Source: Candidatus Zixiibacteriota bacterium (GTDB lineage Bacteria > Zixibacteria > MSB-5A5 > JAABVY01). Taken from it: a stretch of 43,092 nt of DNA. The position numbers and the translations under genes were made by a program. The notes beneath the pieces were generated by a model that was not told the origin of the DNA, ran no database searches, and worked only from the letters and a program-made list of their open reading frames with translations. Positions 35,301 to 43,092 of the stretch are shown here, piece by piece. The stretch lies in the NCBI GenBank assembly GCA_014730285.1, contig WJIM01000141.1, forward strand, positions 1 through 43,092, in the 5' to 3' direction. Positions within the stretch are counted from its first letter, which is position 1, and each line of letters begins with the position of its first letter.

Positions 35301-35993
35301 TTAATCAGAATTATTTTTCGATTCTTCCTCTTCAGGTTTAAAGCCAATTTTATCGAACGGATTGACTATTGATGATACGATATTGGTCAGATGCGCCGAG
35401 ACCCTTTTCAGGTACCGCACAAAAAGCCCCAGAGCCACAACATCATTGGAAGCGATTTCCGTATACGGCTCTGAAACCAATTCGTTTAATATAATATCGC
35501 ATTGCTTGGTGATTGATCTGTGCTCACTCATAACATCCCGCGCCGCCTGCATATCGTATGAAGAAAATGCCGATGTAACCGATTTGAACTTGGCCTCGAC
35601 CTCTTCCTCAAGCCTTTTTAACGTCTCTTCATATTTTCCAACCTTCAGCTTTTTGGGATGATTTTTGGCCAGATCTTCGATATTTTTGGTATAATCCCCA
35701 ATCCGCTCAACATCTATTACGATGCTGATCAGCACCAGAGCAGTATGAATTTCCTTTTTGGGTGAGACCGCCAGATGTGTCATCATTTTTCGCCGAATTT
35801 CCTGCTGATACTTATTTATCTGCTGATCCTTCTCATAAATATCAATCTTTAAATCCGCCGTGTCGGAATAACGTAAAGATCGTACGGTTTCATCGAACAT
35901 TTCTCTGCAGATATTAAGCGTTTTTTCCGTCTCATCGTAGGACTGCTTCAGCAGGGATTCTTTCGAAAAATATTCTTTCAAGCGTTTTAACAT
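35301..35993 (-). CDS. PhoU-domain protein (stand-alone, two PhoU-like repeats)
   Basis: Start taken at the ATG at 35993 (MLKRLKEY), 2 nt after the upstream stop. VERIGDYTKNI and RVSAHLTNI are the repeat signatures. Confidence 0.75.
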   Translation of the reverse strand: MLKRLKEYFSKESLLKQSYDETEKTLNICREMFDETVRSLRYSDTADLKIDIYEKDQQINKYQQEIRRKMMTHLAVSPKKEIHTALVLISIVIDVERIGDYTKNIEDLAKNHPKKLKVGKYEETLKRLEEEVEAKFKSVTSAFSSYDMQAARDVMSEHRSITKQCDIILNELVSEPYTEIASNDVVALGLFVRYLKRVSAHLTNIVSSIVNPFDKIGFKPEEEESKNNSD

Positions 35994-35995
35994 AA

Positions 35996-37177
35996 CTACC
36001 TCGTCAAAAATACTAGGAGTAAAGGAATTATAAAAAATATTACTCCAACAAACAAGATCGGAATAATCCTTTTTTTCATAGCCAGCAAAGAAAACCACTG
36101 TGCTAATTTAATCGGTATAAACCTTATCGGCCAAATTACTATAATCCCAAACAGGTTAAATAAAACATGCGCCAGAGCTATGGTAATCGCCTCTGGCCTT
36201 CCGATTGCCAGGGCCGCCAATAGTGCAGTTACGGTTGTACCCACATTCGCGCCCAATGTATAAGGGAAAATCTGATTAATTGTTAAAATTCCCGCCCCTG
36301 CAAGCGGGATAATCAGGGATGTAGTTATAGAGGATGATTGCACAAGCGCTGTCAGGACTAAACCCAGAATTAGTGATCTTATTGCGGTTTTAAATATATA
36401 TGTGTCAAAAAAGACCTCAATACGAGAAAGAACCATCGACTTAAGTATCTTTACTATTCTATTGAGAGCTATAAAAAGTAAGATGAGTGCTATGATAATA
36501 TCAAGCCAGCCAATTCCCAGAGGCGAATTATGAATTAATTCAACGATTGGCTTGGTAATCAATTTTATCGGAGATGCGAATTTCAAACCGCCTACCGCGG
36601 AAAATATGCCAGAGGCCTTTGAGGCAACCACCCCAAGGAAGTTGGTGGCAATTTGAACAGGAAGAAAAATAATCACAGCTATAAGGTTGAAACTGTCATG
36701 AACAATTGCAGCGGAAAATGCTCTTCCAAATTCAGTTCTATGGGATATATGCCCCAACGAAACAAGAGTATTGGTAACCGAAGTCCCGATATTGGCACCC
36801 ATAATAATCGGGATGGCGTTTTCTATAGTCAAAGCCGGAATCATAGCGCCCTCGGCCCCGGCCTGAGCGCTTGCAATACCCAGCCCGCCAACCAGGCCGA
36901 CAACGATCGAGCTTGTAGCCGAACTGCTCTGTATGATGCTTGTTGCAAGTATGCCGATCAAAAGGGCCGTAAATGGATTGGAAACGGAATTGACAAGCTC
37001 CTCGGCAAAGCCATGCCCCAGAAGCTTGAACGAGGCCCCCATTAATGTTATTGATAACATGAAGAGGTAAATAAAAAACAGGAGCCCAAGGATTTTGATG
37101 TAAGTTCTTGAGGACATTGTATTTACTAATCCCTGACCTTCTTCATAATAATCATTGCCGTATGATAAAAATTTCAC
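35996..37177 (-). CDS. Na+/phosphate cotransporter (NptA/type II Na-Pi family) membrane domain
   Basis: Duplicated QSSS motifs (IIQSSSATSSIVV; LVQSSSITTSLII). The track start is GTG 37177; the ATG at 37117 (MSSRTYIK) is an alternative. Confidence 0.85.
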   Translation of the reverse strand: MKFLSYGNDYYEEGQGLVNTMSSRTYIKILGLLFFIYLFMLSITLMGASFKLLGHGFAEELVNSVSNPFTALLIGILATSIIQSSSATSSIVVGLVGGLGIASAQAGAEGAMIPALTIENAIPIIMGANIGTSVTNTLVSLGHISHRTEFGRAFSAAIVHDSFNLIAVIIFLPVQIATNFLGVVASKASGIFSAVGGLKFASPIKLITKPIVELIHNSPLGIGWLDIIIALILLFIALNRIVKILKSMVLSRIEVFFDTYIFKTAIRSLILGLVLTALVQSSSITTSLIIPLAGAGILTINQIFPYTLGANVGTTVTALLAALAIGRPEAITIALAHVLFNLFGIIVIWPIRFIPIKLAQWFSLLAMKKRIIPILFVGVIFFIIPLLLVFLTR

Positions 37178-37309
37178 ATGCTAATGGCAACAATAATCTA
37201 ACATCCTGCTAACACAATGCTAACATTTTCAGATAATTGGATACTCAGACATTAAAAAGCAGATAAATTCATTTGAATTTGAGCATGATTTAGCTGTAAT
37301 TTGTATACA

Positions 37310-37819
37310 ATGCCGAATTTCTGGAAAATATTCTGGGTATTCACCCTGATCGTGATTGCCCTTCAAATGGGCTTTTATTATCCGGAACTGCCGGATCGTA
37401 TGGCCGTGCATTTCGATTTTTCCGGCAATCCGGACAACTGGTCGGATAAAAGCACATTCTTAATTCTTATGACTGCGGCAATCATACTCTGCAATATCTG
37501 GCTCCCAATTTCGAGCTGGCTGTTTAAAGTTATGCCCGACAGCATGATTAACGCTCCTCACAAAGAATACTGGCTGGCCGAAAAGAATCGGGAGAGATTT
37601 GTTGAAATCACAAACAGAATGCTGGCTATGATTTTGGGGGTGATAAATTTGATTTTAATCTACGGCCTGAAATACACCTACGATATTAATATCAGAGGCT
37701 CTTCAGAACTTGAGTTATGGTATATTATATTTCCGACTATCTTCGTCATTATAATACCGATCGTATATTACCTCAGAAAATTGAGGGTACCCGATAACAC
37801 AGCTGGCCGCACGAGTTAG
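37310..37819 (+). CDS. DUF1648-domain membrane protein
   Basis: N-terminal TM segment followed by YPELPDRMAVHFDFSGNPDNW (DUF1648 signature), then three more TM segments. Start taken at the ATG at 37310. Confidence 0.65.
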   Translation: MPNFWKIFWVFTLIVIALQMGFYYPELPDRMAVHFDFSGNPDNWSDKSTFLILMTAAIILCNIWLPISSWLFKVMPDSMINAPHKEYWLAEKNRERFVEITNRMLAMILGVINLILIYGLKYTYDINIRGSSELELWYIIFPTIFVIIIPIVYYLRKLRVPDNTAGRTS

Positions 37820-38052
37820 CTTTGGCACACCCAATATACTTTTTTTGCACATGCTTTCAGAGTTCTATTTCGCAAATGGTTAGTGTATAACACCTTATCA
37901 TTGGTATTCAAAATCCCAACAGAAAATTCCCCTGTATTAATTGTTTTCAGATTTCGATCTATCCCTGACGATAAATATAGATAGGATGAGGTTTCATCAG
38001 GAAATCCATTCATAATTTTGAGCAGGTACTTTAGCGAAAACGAGGATTCCGA

Positions 38053-38454
38053 ATGACAAAGTATACCCGAAAATTGCATTCGGTCGAACATCTGGGCCAG
38101 GATAATTTCCGGCTGGTCGAATTGATCAGCATCTTACAGGATTCTATCCCGAACCGCAACGGCAGTCAGGCGATCGCAGACGTGCTCAAGGAGCTTGTGG
38201 ATTATGCCAGACATCACTTTCCGCGCGAAGAGGAATTGATGCGAAAGTATAAATACATTGATTATGAGAGACATAAAGCCAGGCACCAGGAATTCATAAA
38301 GCAGGTTTCTCAAATTCTGATGAGATTGAAAGGGGATAAAGAGGTTACTGTTTATGAATTAATCTCGTTTTTAAAGAAATGGGTCGACGATCATTTGATA
38401 ATCGAGGATTTGAAATTCAAGCGTGCCGTAGAAGCATATTCCGTGAACGCATAA
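38053..38454 (+). CDS. Hemerythrin-like metal-binding domain protein (bacteriohemerythrin family)
   Basis: HHFPREEELM, ERHKARHQEF and KWVDDHLIIEDLKF match the hemerythrin H/E/H/H/H/D ligand spacing. The first His position reads Asn (QDNFRLVELI). Confidence 0.75.
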   Translation: MTKYTRKLHSVEHLGQDNFRLVELISILQDSIPNRNGSQAIADVLKELVDYARHHFPREEELMRKYKYIDYERHKARHQEFIKQVSQILMRLKGDKEVTVYELISFLKKWVDDHLIIEDLKFKRAVEAYSVNA

Positions 38455-38487
38455 TAAAAAAAGCCGGATAAAAATCCGGCTTTTTTT
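38455..38487. terminator. Bidirectional rho-independent terminator between the convergent hemerythrin-like gene and serC
   Basis: agccgga (38462-38468) pairs with tccggct (38475-38481), flanked by an A-run upstream and a T-run downstream. Confidence 0.8.
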
Positions 38488-38501
38488 ATTAGCCACACTG
38501 C

Positions 38502-39581
38502 CTAATTATTCTTCTTGAATTCCTTCATAAATTCGACCAGTTTCTCGGCGCCCTCGAGCGGGAAGGCGTTATACATCGAGGCCCGGATTCCGCCTACCGA
38601 ACGATGTCCTTTGAGACCGTGCAGGCCTTTTTCCTTACTCTCGGCGATGAATTTCTTCTCCAAATCTTCATCCGCCATACGCATGGTCAGGTTCATAATC
38701 GAGCGGTCTTTTTTCTCGGCAGTACCCTTGTAATAACCGCCGCTTTCATCCATAGCATTGTAAATAATTTCAGCTTTCTTACGATTCATCTCATCGACCT
38801 TCTCCAGGCCGCCCTGATCCTTCACCCATTCCATAACCAGCTTGACCATATAAATCGGAAATACCGGGGGCGTGTTGAAAAGCGAATTCTTCTTGATATG
38901 AGTATCATAAGTCAGCATTGTCGGAAGACCCTCGCGTGCAGTCTTGGCGAACTCATCCTGCAGAATTATGACCGTAACACCCGACGGTCCCAGGTTTTTC
39001 TGTGCGCCGGCATAAATCATAGCGAATTTGGAGACATCCAGCGTCCGGGACATAATATCCGAAGACATATCCGCAACCAACGGCTTCCCTGCGGTATCCG
39101 GGAATTCATGCCACTGCGTACCCTTGATCGTATTGTTAGTGGTAAGATGCACATAAGCGGCATCGGGATCGAAGTTGAAAGATTCCGGGATATAACAGTA
39201 ATTCTTGTCTTCCGAACTCGCCGCAACATTATGTCGAGCCACGATACCTGCCTCTTTGATAGCTTTGGTCGACCAGGTGCCGGTGTTGATATAATCGGCG
39301 GAACCGGCCTCGGGAATGAAATTCATTGCAATCATCGCGAACTGCAAGCTGGCGCCGCCGCCCAGAAAGAGGATGTGATAATCGTCCGGAACTTTCAGCA
39401 GGTTTTTAATCAGCGTCTTGGCTTCCCCCAGCACTCCCTCGAATTCGGGGGAGCGATGCGAGGTCTCGATTATCGACATACCGGTGTTCTGGTAATCCAA
39501 GAACTCTTCCCTGGCTTTCTCCAAAGCCGGTAATGGCAGGGTCGCCGGGCCCGGATTGAAATTATAAATTCTATCAGCCAT
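38502..39581 (-). CDS. serC: 3-phosphoserine aminotransferase
   Basis: YNFNPGPATLP, SHRS.EF and the class-V aminotransferase layout. Start taken at the ATG at 39581 (SD gagagg); the track starts at GTG 39590. Confidence 0.9.
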   Translation of the reverse strand: MADRIYNFNPGPATLPLPALEKAREEFLDYQNTGMSIIETSHRSPEFEGVLGEAKTLIKNLLKVPDDYHILFLGGGASLQFAMIAMNFIPEAGSADYINTGTWSTKAIKEAGIVARHNVAASSEDKNYCYIPESFNFDPDAAYVHLTTNNTIKGTQWHEFPDTAGKPLVADMSSDIMSRTLDVSKFAMIYAGAQKNLGPSGVTVIILQDEFAKTAREGLPTMLTYDTHIKKNSLFNTPPVFPIYMVKLVMEWVKDQGGLEKVDEMNRKKAEIIYNAMDESGGYYKGTAEKKDRSIMNLTMRMADEDLEKKFIAESKEKGLHGLKGHRSVGGIRASMYNAFPLEGAEKLVEFMKEFKKNN

Positions 39582-39605
39582 TTTATTCACCTCTCATTTA
39601 TGATA

Positions 39606-40490
39606 TTAATCCAAATTTCCGTCGACATATTGGCCAATCAACTCTTCTATAATATCGCCGATACGAAGGAGATTCTCTTTGGTCGAGGCCCCGATATGCG
39701 GGGTTAAGGTCGTATTGGGAGCCTTGGCCAACGGAGTCGATTCGGGCGGATCGGAATACCAGACATCATTGCCGTATCCGGCGATCTTACCCGATTCCAG
39801 AGCCTCGGCCACATCTTCTTCAACCACAACTTTGCCTCGTCCGCTGTTAACGATATAAACTCCGTCCTTCATTTTCGCTATCACATCTTTGTTAATCATA
39901 CCCGCAGTTTCATCGGTAAGCGGAGTATTGAGCGAGATGTAGTCGCATTGCGGAAGCATAGCATCCAGATCGTTTATGATTTCAATCGTGTCGTGGCTGT
40001 TCAGGAAGGGATCGTAGCCGACCACCTTCATTCCGAAAGCCCCGGCGCGTTTGGCAATCTCGGTGCCTATCCGTCCGCAGCCGAATATTCCCAGCGTCTT
40101 CTGGTAGAGCTCGGTTCTCTTGAGCTGCTTTTTGATCCATTCACCCTTTACCATGGACTCATGTCCCTTCACGATATGATTGGGAAGTGCGATCATCAGG
40201 GCAAAGGCCAGCTCGGCCACCGCAATTGAAGATGCCGCGGCGGTATTGAATACCTTGATGCCTTTTTCCGCCGCATACGGCCGGTCGATATTATCAAGTC
40301 CCACACCTCCCCTGATAATTAACTTCAGCTTGGGTGCGGAATCGATATATTCTTTGGTACATTTGGTCTTGCTTCTAACAAGTACGACTTCACAATCGGC
40401 AACCTGGGACTTGTCATCCGTAACCTCACCGAACTTCTTGAGCTTATCCGGCAGCCCCGGATCGAAAGCATCGGAAATCAAAATTTTCAC
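39606..40490 (-). CDS. serA: D-3-phosphoglycerate dehydrogenase-like 2-hydroxyacid dehydrogenase (short form, no ACT domain)
   Basis: 294 aa. GIFGCGRIG NAD-binding motif, SGRG, and the catalytic HIGAST region. GTG start after aaggag. Function inferred from family and serC adjacency. Confidence 0.75.
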   Translation of the reverse strand: MKILISDAFDPGLPDKLKKFGEVTDDKSQVADCEVVLVRSKTKCTKEYIDSAPKLKLIIRGGVGLDNIDRPYAAEKGIKVFNTAAASSIAVAELAFALMIALPNHIVKGHESMVKGEWIKKQLKRTELYQKTLGIFGCGRIGTEIAKRAGAFGMKVVGYDPFLNSHDTIEIINDLDAMLPQCDYISLNTPLTDETAGMINKDVIAKMKDGVYIVNSGRGKVVVEEDVAEALESGKIAGYGNDVWYSDPPESTPLAKAPNTTLTPHIGASTKENLLRIGDIIEELIGQYVDGNLD

Positions 40491-40528
40491 GGCTTCACTC
40501 CTTTTTTATCACAAATCATCTAAGTCTA

Positions 40529-41767
40529 TCAAAGTAAATGCGAAACCATACCGCTCCGGAGCTTGGGCTCGAACCAGGTCGACTTGGGCGGCATAACCTC
40601 CCCCGCATCGGCCACGCTGATAAGGTTTTCGACCGAGGTCGGATAGAGCGCAAAGGCTACCGCGAATTTGCCCGAATCGACCAGTCTTTTAAGCTCCTTA
40701 TTACCCCTGATTCCGCCCACAAAATCGATCCTCGGGTCGATTCGCGGATTGCCGATATCCAGCACAGGCTCCAGCAGGTTTTTCATCAAAATATTAACAT
40801 CCAGCCCCTCTATCGGATCGCCGGCATTGTAGCTTCCGGTTCTGGGGGTCAACATATACCAGTCGCCGTCCAGATACATGCCGAACTCATGCTCATCGGC
40901 AACCTCGAATGCACCCTCGGCCTTCTGGAGATCGAACTTCTCTTTGACTTTATCCAGAAACTGATCCTTGCTCAGGTCGTTTAAATCGGTCAAAACACGA
41001 TTATAGGGCAGGATTTTCAAATGGCTTTTGGGGAATATTACCGAGAGGAAGAAATTATACGGCTCATCTCCGGTATGATTCGGATTCTTTTCCTTCCTGA
41101 TTTTGCGGACATTACTGGCCGAGGCGCTGCGATGATGGCCATCGGCTACATACGTGGCTTCAAGTTTCTCAAAACCACTCACAATTCGGCCTGTCATATC
41201 CGCATCATCGATCACCCAGAGTTGATGCCTGACCTCATCAGGAGAGATGAAATCAACCGAGGGTTCGGCTCTGGCGGCCTCCTCCAGAAGATTATTCAGA
41301 GCAGGTTCATCCTTATAAAGCAGGAAGACCGGCCCCACCTGCGCATTCATAACATCTATAAGCTTCGTGCGGTCGGCCTCTTTCTGGGGACGAGTGAATT
41401 CATGTTTCTTGACGCGCCCCTCATCATAATCCTCTACGGAAGACAAAACAAAGTAGCCGGTTTGGACATGTCCTTTCCAGGTCTGCCTGTATATGTAAAT
41501 CGATTCCTTCTGATCCTGAACCAGATGTCCCTCATCGATAAATTTCTGCAGGTTTTTGCGTCCTGTCTCATAGACGATATCAGAATACGGGTCGGTATCC
41601 TCGGGCAGGTCTATTTCCGGTTTGTTTACATGCAAAAAAGATATCGGATTCTCTCGTGCCATTTCACGCGCCTCCTCTGAAGACAGAACGTCATAAGGCG
41701 GGGAGGCGATTTTTGATGCTTTTTCCTCTTTTGGTCTTAGTCCACGGAATGCTTTTACAGTAATCAT
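40529..41767 (-). CDS. DUF1015-family protein, function unknown
   Basis: 412 aa. N-terminal FRGLRP...SPPYDV and central ADGHHR motifs, as I recall them for DUF1015. First gene of the serA-serC operon (38-nt and 24-nt gaps). Confidence 0.75.
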   Translation of the reverse strand: MITVKAFRGLRPKEEKASKIASPPYDVLSSEEAREMARENPISFLHVNKPEIDLPEDTDPYSDIVYETGRKNLQKFIDEGHLVQDQKESIYIYRQTWKGHVQTGYFVLSSVEDYDEGRVKKHEFTRPQKEADRTKLIDVMNAQVGPVFLLYKDEPALNNLLEEAARAEPSVDFISPDEVRHQLWVIDDADMTGRIVSGFEKLEATYVADGHHRSASASNVRKIRKEKNPNHTGDEPYNFFLSVIFPKSHLKILPYNRVLTDLNDLSKDQFLDKVKEKFDLQKAEGAFEVADEHEFGMYLDGDWYMLTPRTGSYNAGDPIEGLDVNILMKNLLEPVLDIGNPRIDPRIDFVGGIRGNKELKRLVDSGKFAVAFALYPTSVENLISVADAGEVMPPKSTWFEPKLRSGMVSHLL

Positions 41768-41946
41768 AACGTCCTCGACGGGTTCAAATTAGCTATTTAA
41801 TCGCGGTCAAGCGTTTTTAATTTAGACGGAAATTTAAGAATTTCCGCCCAAATTGCAAGTGATAAGTTTCTCGAATTACCTCAATTAGCTGTTGAATTTT
41901 CCCCGCAAAAACCATATTTTCCGTTTACGAATTTGGAGGGATTAAG

Positions 41947-42498
41947 ATGGATGCTATGACTCCCAGGAAGCTGTTCTTAACAAAGGGCGTGGGAATTCAC
42001 AGGGAGAAACTGAACTCGTTCGAGCTGGCCTTGAGAAATGCCAGTATCGCAAAGTATAATCTGGTGGCTGTTTCTTCCATATTTCCCCCTCGGGCCAAGA
42101 TTATTACCAAAAAAGAAGGTCTCAAACTCCTCAGCCCCGGTCAAATAGTATTTACCGTCATGAGCAAAAACGCCACCAATGAACCCAACCGCCTGATTTC
42201 AGCCTCGGTGGGAATTGCAATACCACAGGACCGCAAGCAGTACGGCTATCTTTCCGAGCATCATGCCTATGGCTGGACCGGACATCATGCCGGCGAATAC
42301 GTCGAGGATATGGCGGTGGACATGCTCGCTACAACATTGGGGCTGGAAATCAACCTGGATAAAAGCTGGGACGAAAATAAGGAGATATGGAAAGTTCAGG
42401 GCAAAATTATCCGCACCCGCAACATTACTCAATCGGCCAAGGGCCATAAGGAAGGCCTCTGGACCACAGTTGTGGCTGCGGCTATTTTAATAATGTAA
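41947..42498 (+). CDS. pdaD: Pyruvoyl-dependent arginine decarboxylase proenzyme
   Basis: 183 aa. G.G...SFE.AL..A.I..YNLV.VSSIFPP, with the Ser-Ser self-cleavage site at aa 43-44 (nt ~42073-42078). SD ggaggg. Confidence 0.85.
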   Translation: MDAMTPRKLFLTKGVGIHREKLNSFELALRNASIAKYNLVAVSSIFPPRAKIITKKEGLKLLSPGQIVFTVMSKNATNEPNRLISASVGIAIPQDRKQYGYLSEHHAYGWTGHHAGEYVEDMAVDMLATTLGLEINLDKSWDENKEIWKVQGKIIRTRNITQSAKGHKEGLWTTVVAAAILIM

Positions 42499-42532
42499 CT
42501 TCTTAATCACAGTTTTGTCAGGAGTAATAATT

Positions 42533-43092
42533 TTGAAGGACTTTCTCTCGAAGCCAACCACACCATTTCAAATCGATAAATCATCCAATGTAGCCTCGCT
42601 CTTGAGCAATATGAAAAATATTTCATTTCAGGGACGGACCCTGGCTCAGGCTTTTGCGGTCTGGAAAAATATGCTGCGCGAGGATACGCTGATCTTTTTG
42701 GGACTCTCCGGCGCTCTGGTTCCGGCAGGAATGCGGGAGATTGTCGTATACCTGATAAAAAACCGTTTCATCGACTGCCTTGTATCCACAGGTGCCAATC
42801 TTTTCCACGATGCTCACGAATCACTGGGTAATTACCATTATATCGGCAGCCATCATGTAAACGACACAGAGCTTTATGAGAAAAAGGTCGACAGAATTTA
42901 TGATACCTATGCCAACGAGAATGAATTTCGACGTCTCGAACAGATGATAGACGACTGGGCACATAAAAATCTCGATCTCTCGCGGGCTTATACAACCCGC
43001 GAATTCTTTTACCTCTGGGGTAAATATTTGAACCGCATCAAGGAAGCTGACGGCATCATAACCTCAGCTTATGAAGCCGGAGTTCCGATCTA
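42533..43092 (+). CDS. Deoxyhypusine synthase-like (homospermidine synthase-like) protein, 5' part; runs off the right edge
   Basis: Not in the supplied ORF track. My translation from TTG 42533 (SD aggag at 42520-42524) is open to the window end. It reads ...FQGRTLAQAFAVWKNML..TLIFLGLSGALVPAGMREIVVYLIKNRFIDCLVSTGANLFHD..., which is DHS-family-like. Confidence 0.7.
   Translation, partial: MKDFLSKPTTPFQIDKSSNVASLLSNMKNISFQGRTLAQAFAVWKNMLREDTLIFLGLSGALVPAGMREIVVYLIKNRFIDCLVSTGANLFHDAHESLGNYHYIGSHHVNDTELYEKKVDRIYDTYANENEFRRLEQMIDDWAHKNLDLSRAYTTREFFYLWGKYLNRIKEADGIITSAYEAGVPI

Noticed and set aside
37823-37849. TGGCAC ... TTGCA, which at first glance looks like a sigma54 -24/-12 promoter upstream of the hemerythrin-like gene.
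   Set aside because: The GG and GC dinucleotides are 23 nt apart instead of the required ~12, so this cannot be a sigma54 promoter.
37816-38091. 91-aa minus-strand ORF between the DUF1648 and hemerythrin-like genes.
   Set aside because: It overlaps the starts or ends of both neighbours, has no SD and no recognisable motif, and lies in an AT-rich region where random ORFs are expected.
38604-39533. 309-aa plus-strand ORF antisense to serC.
   Set aside because: It lies entirely within the well-supported serC frame on the other strand. Its composition is His/Arg/Ile-rich with no motifs.
41021-41680. 219-aa plus-strand ORF antisense to the DUF1015 gene (also 40538-40984).
   Set aside because: These are shadow ORFs of a long conserved gene, with no independent start signals.

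Overview
The window looks like an ordinary bacterial chromosomal segment of about 45 densely packed genes on both strands. I recognised no rRNA, tRNA, CRISPR array, transposase/integrase or prophage remnant.

Recognisable content, left to right:
- Left end: a partial Cys/Asp-rich protein and an acyl-CoA dehydrogenase.
- A housekeeping run: mfd, two parvulin/SurA-like chaperones, an S4-domain protein, hflX and a stand-alone receiver.
- An ornithine-aminotransferase-like gene and DinB.
- A less conserved, AT-rich stretch (~12.9-16.1 kb). It holds a small basic Myb/SANT-like protein, a 668-bp non-coding gap, a secreted protein of unknown function and an ERCC4/XPF-like + HhH2 protein with a degenerate nuclease motif.
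- A DUF302-OsmC-TolB-like lipoprotein operon, then a DUF2233 protein and a methyltransferase.
- cheW and a methyl-accepting chemoreceptor, each behind its own sigma28-type promoter.
- An 11-gene nuoABCDHIJKLMN operon with no nuoEFG.
- An ion/phosphate cluster: a PTS-EIIA(Ntr)-CBS fusion, a CaCA exchanger, and a Na/Pi cotransporter with a separate PhoU-like gene.
- DUF1648 and hemerythrin-like genes.
- A DUF1015-serA-serC operon.
- pdaD plus a partial deoxyhypusine-synthase-like gene at the right edge.

Most worth following up:
- the N-module-less complex I, whose NuoI carries a ~120-aa Lys/Glu/Pro-rich tail;
- the chemoreceptor with a complete CZB zinc-binding motif in its predicted periplasmic domain;
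- the ERCC1-like (apparently nuclease-dead) bacterial ERCC4 protein;
- the EIIA-CBS fusion next to ion transporters;
- the DUF1015-serine pathway linkage.

I did not find one clear-cut novel multi-gene system. All functional calls rest on reading motifs in the translations by eye; no searches were run.
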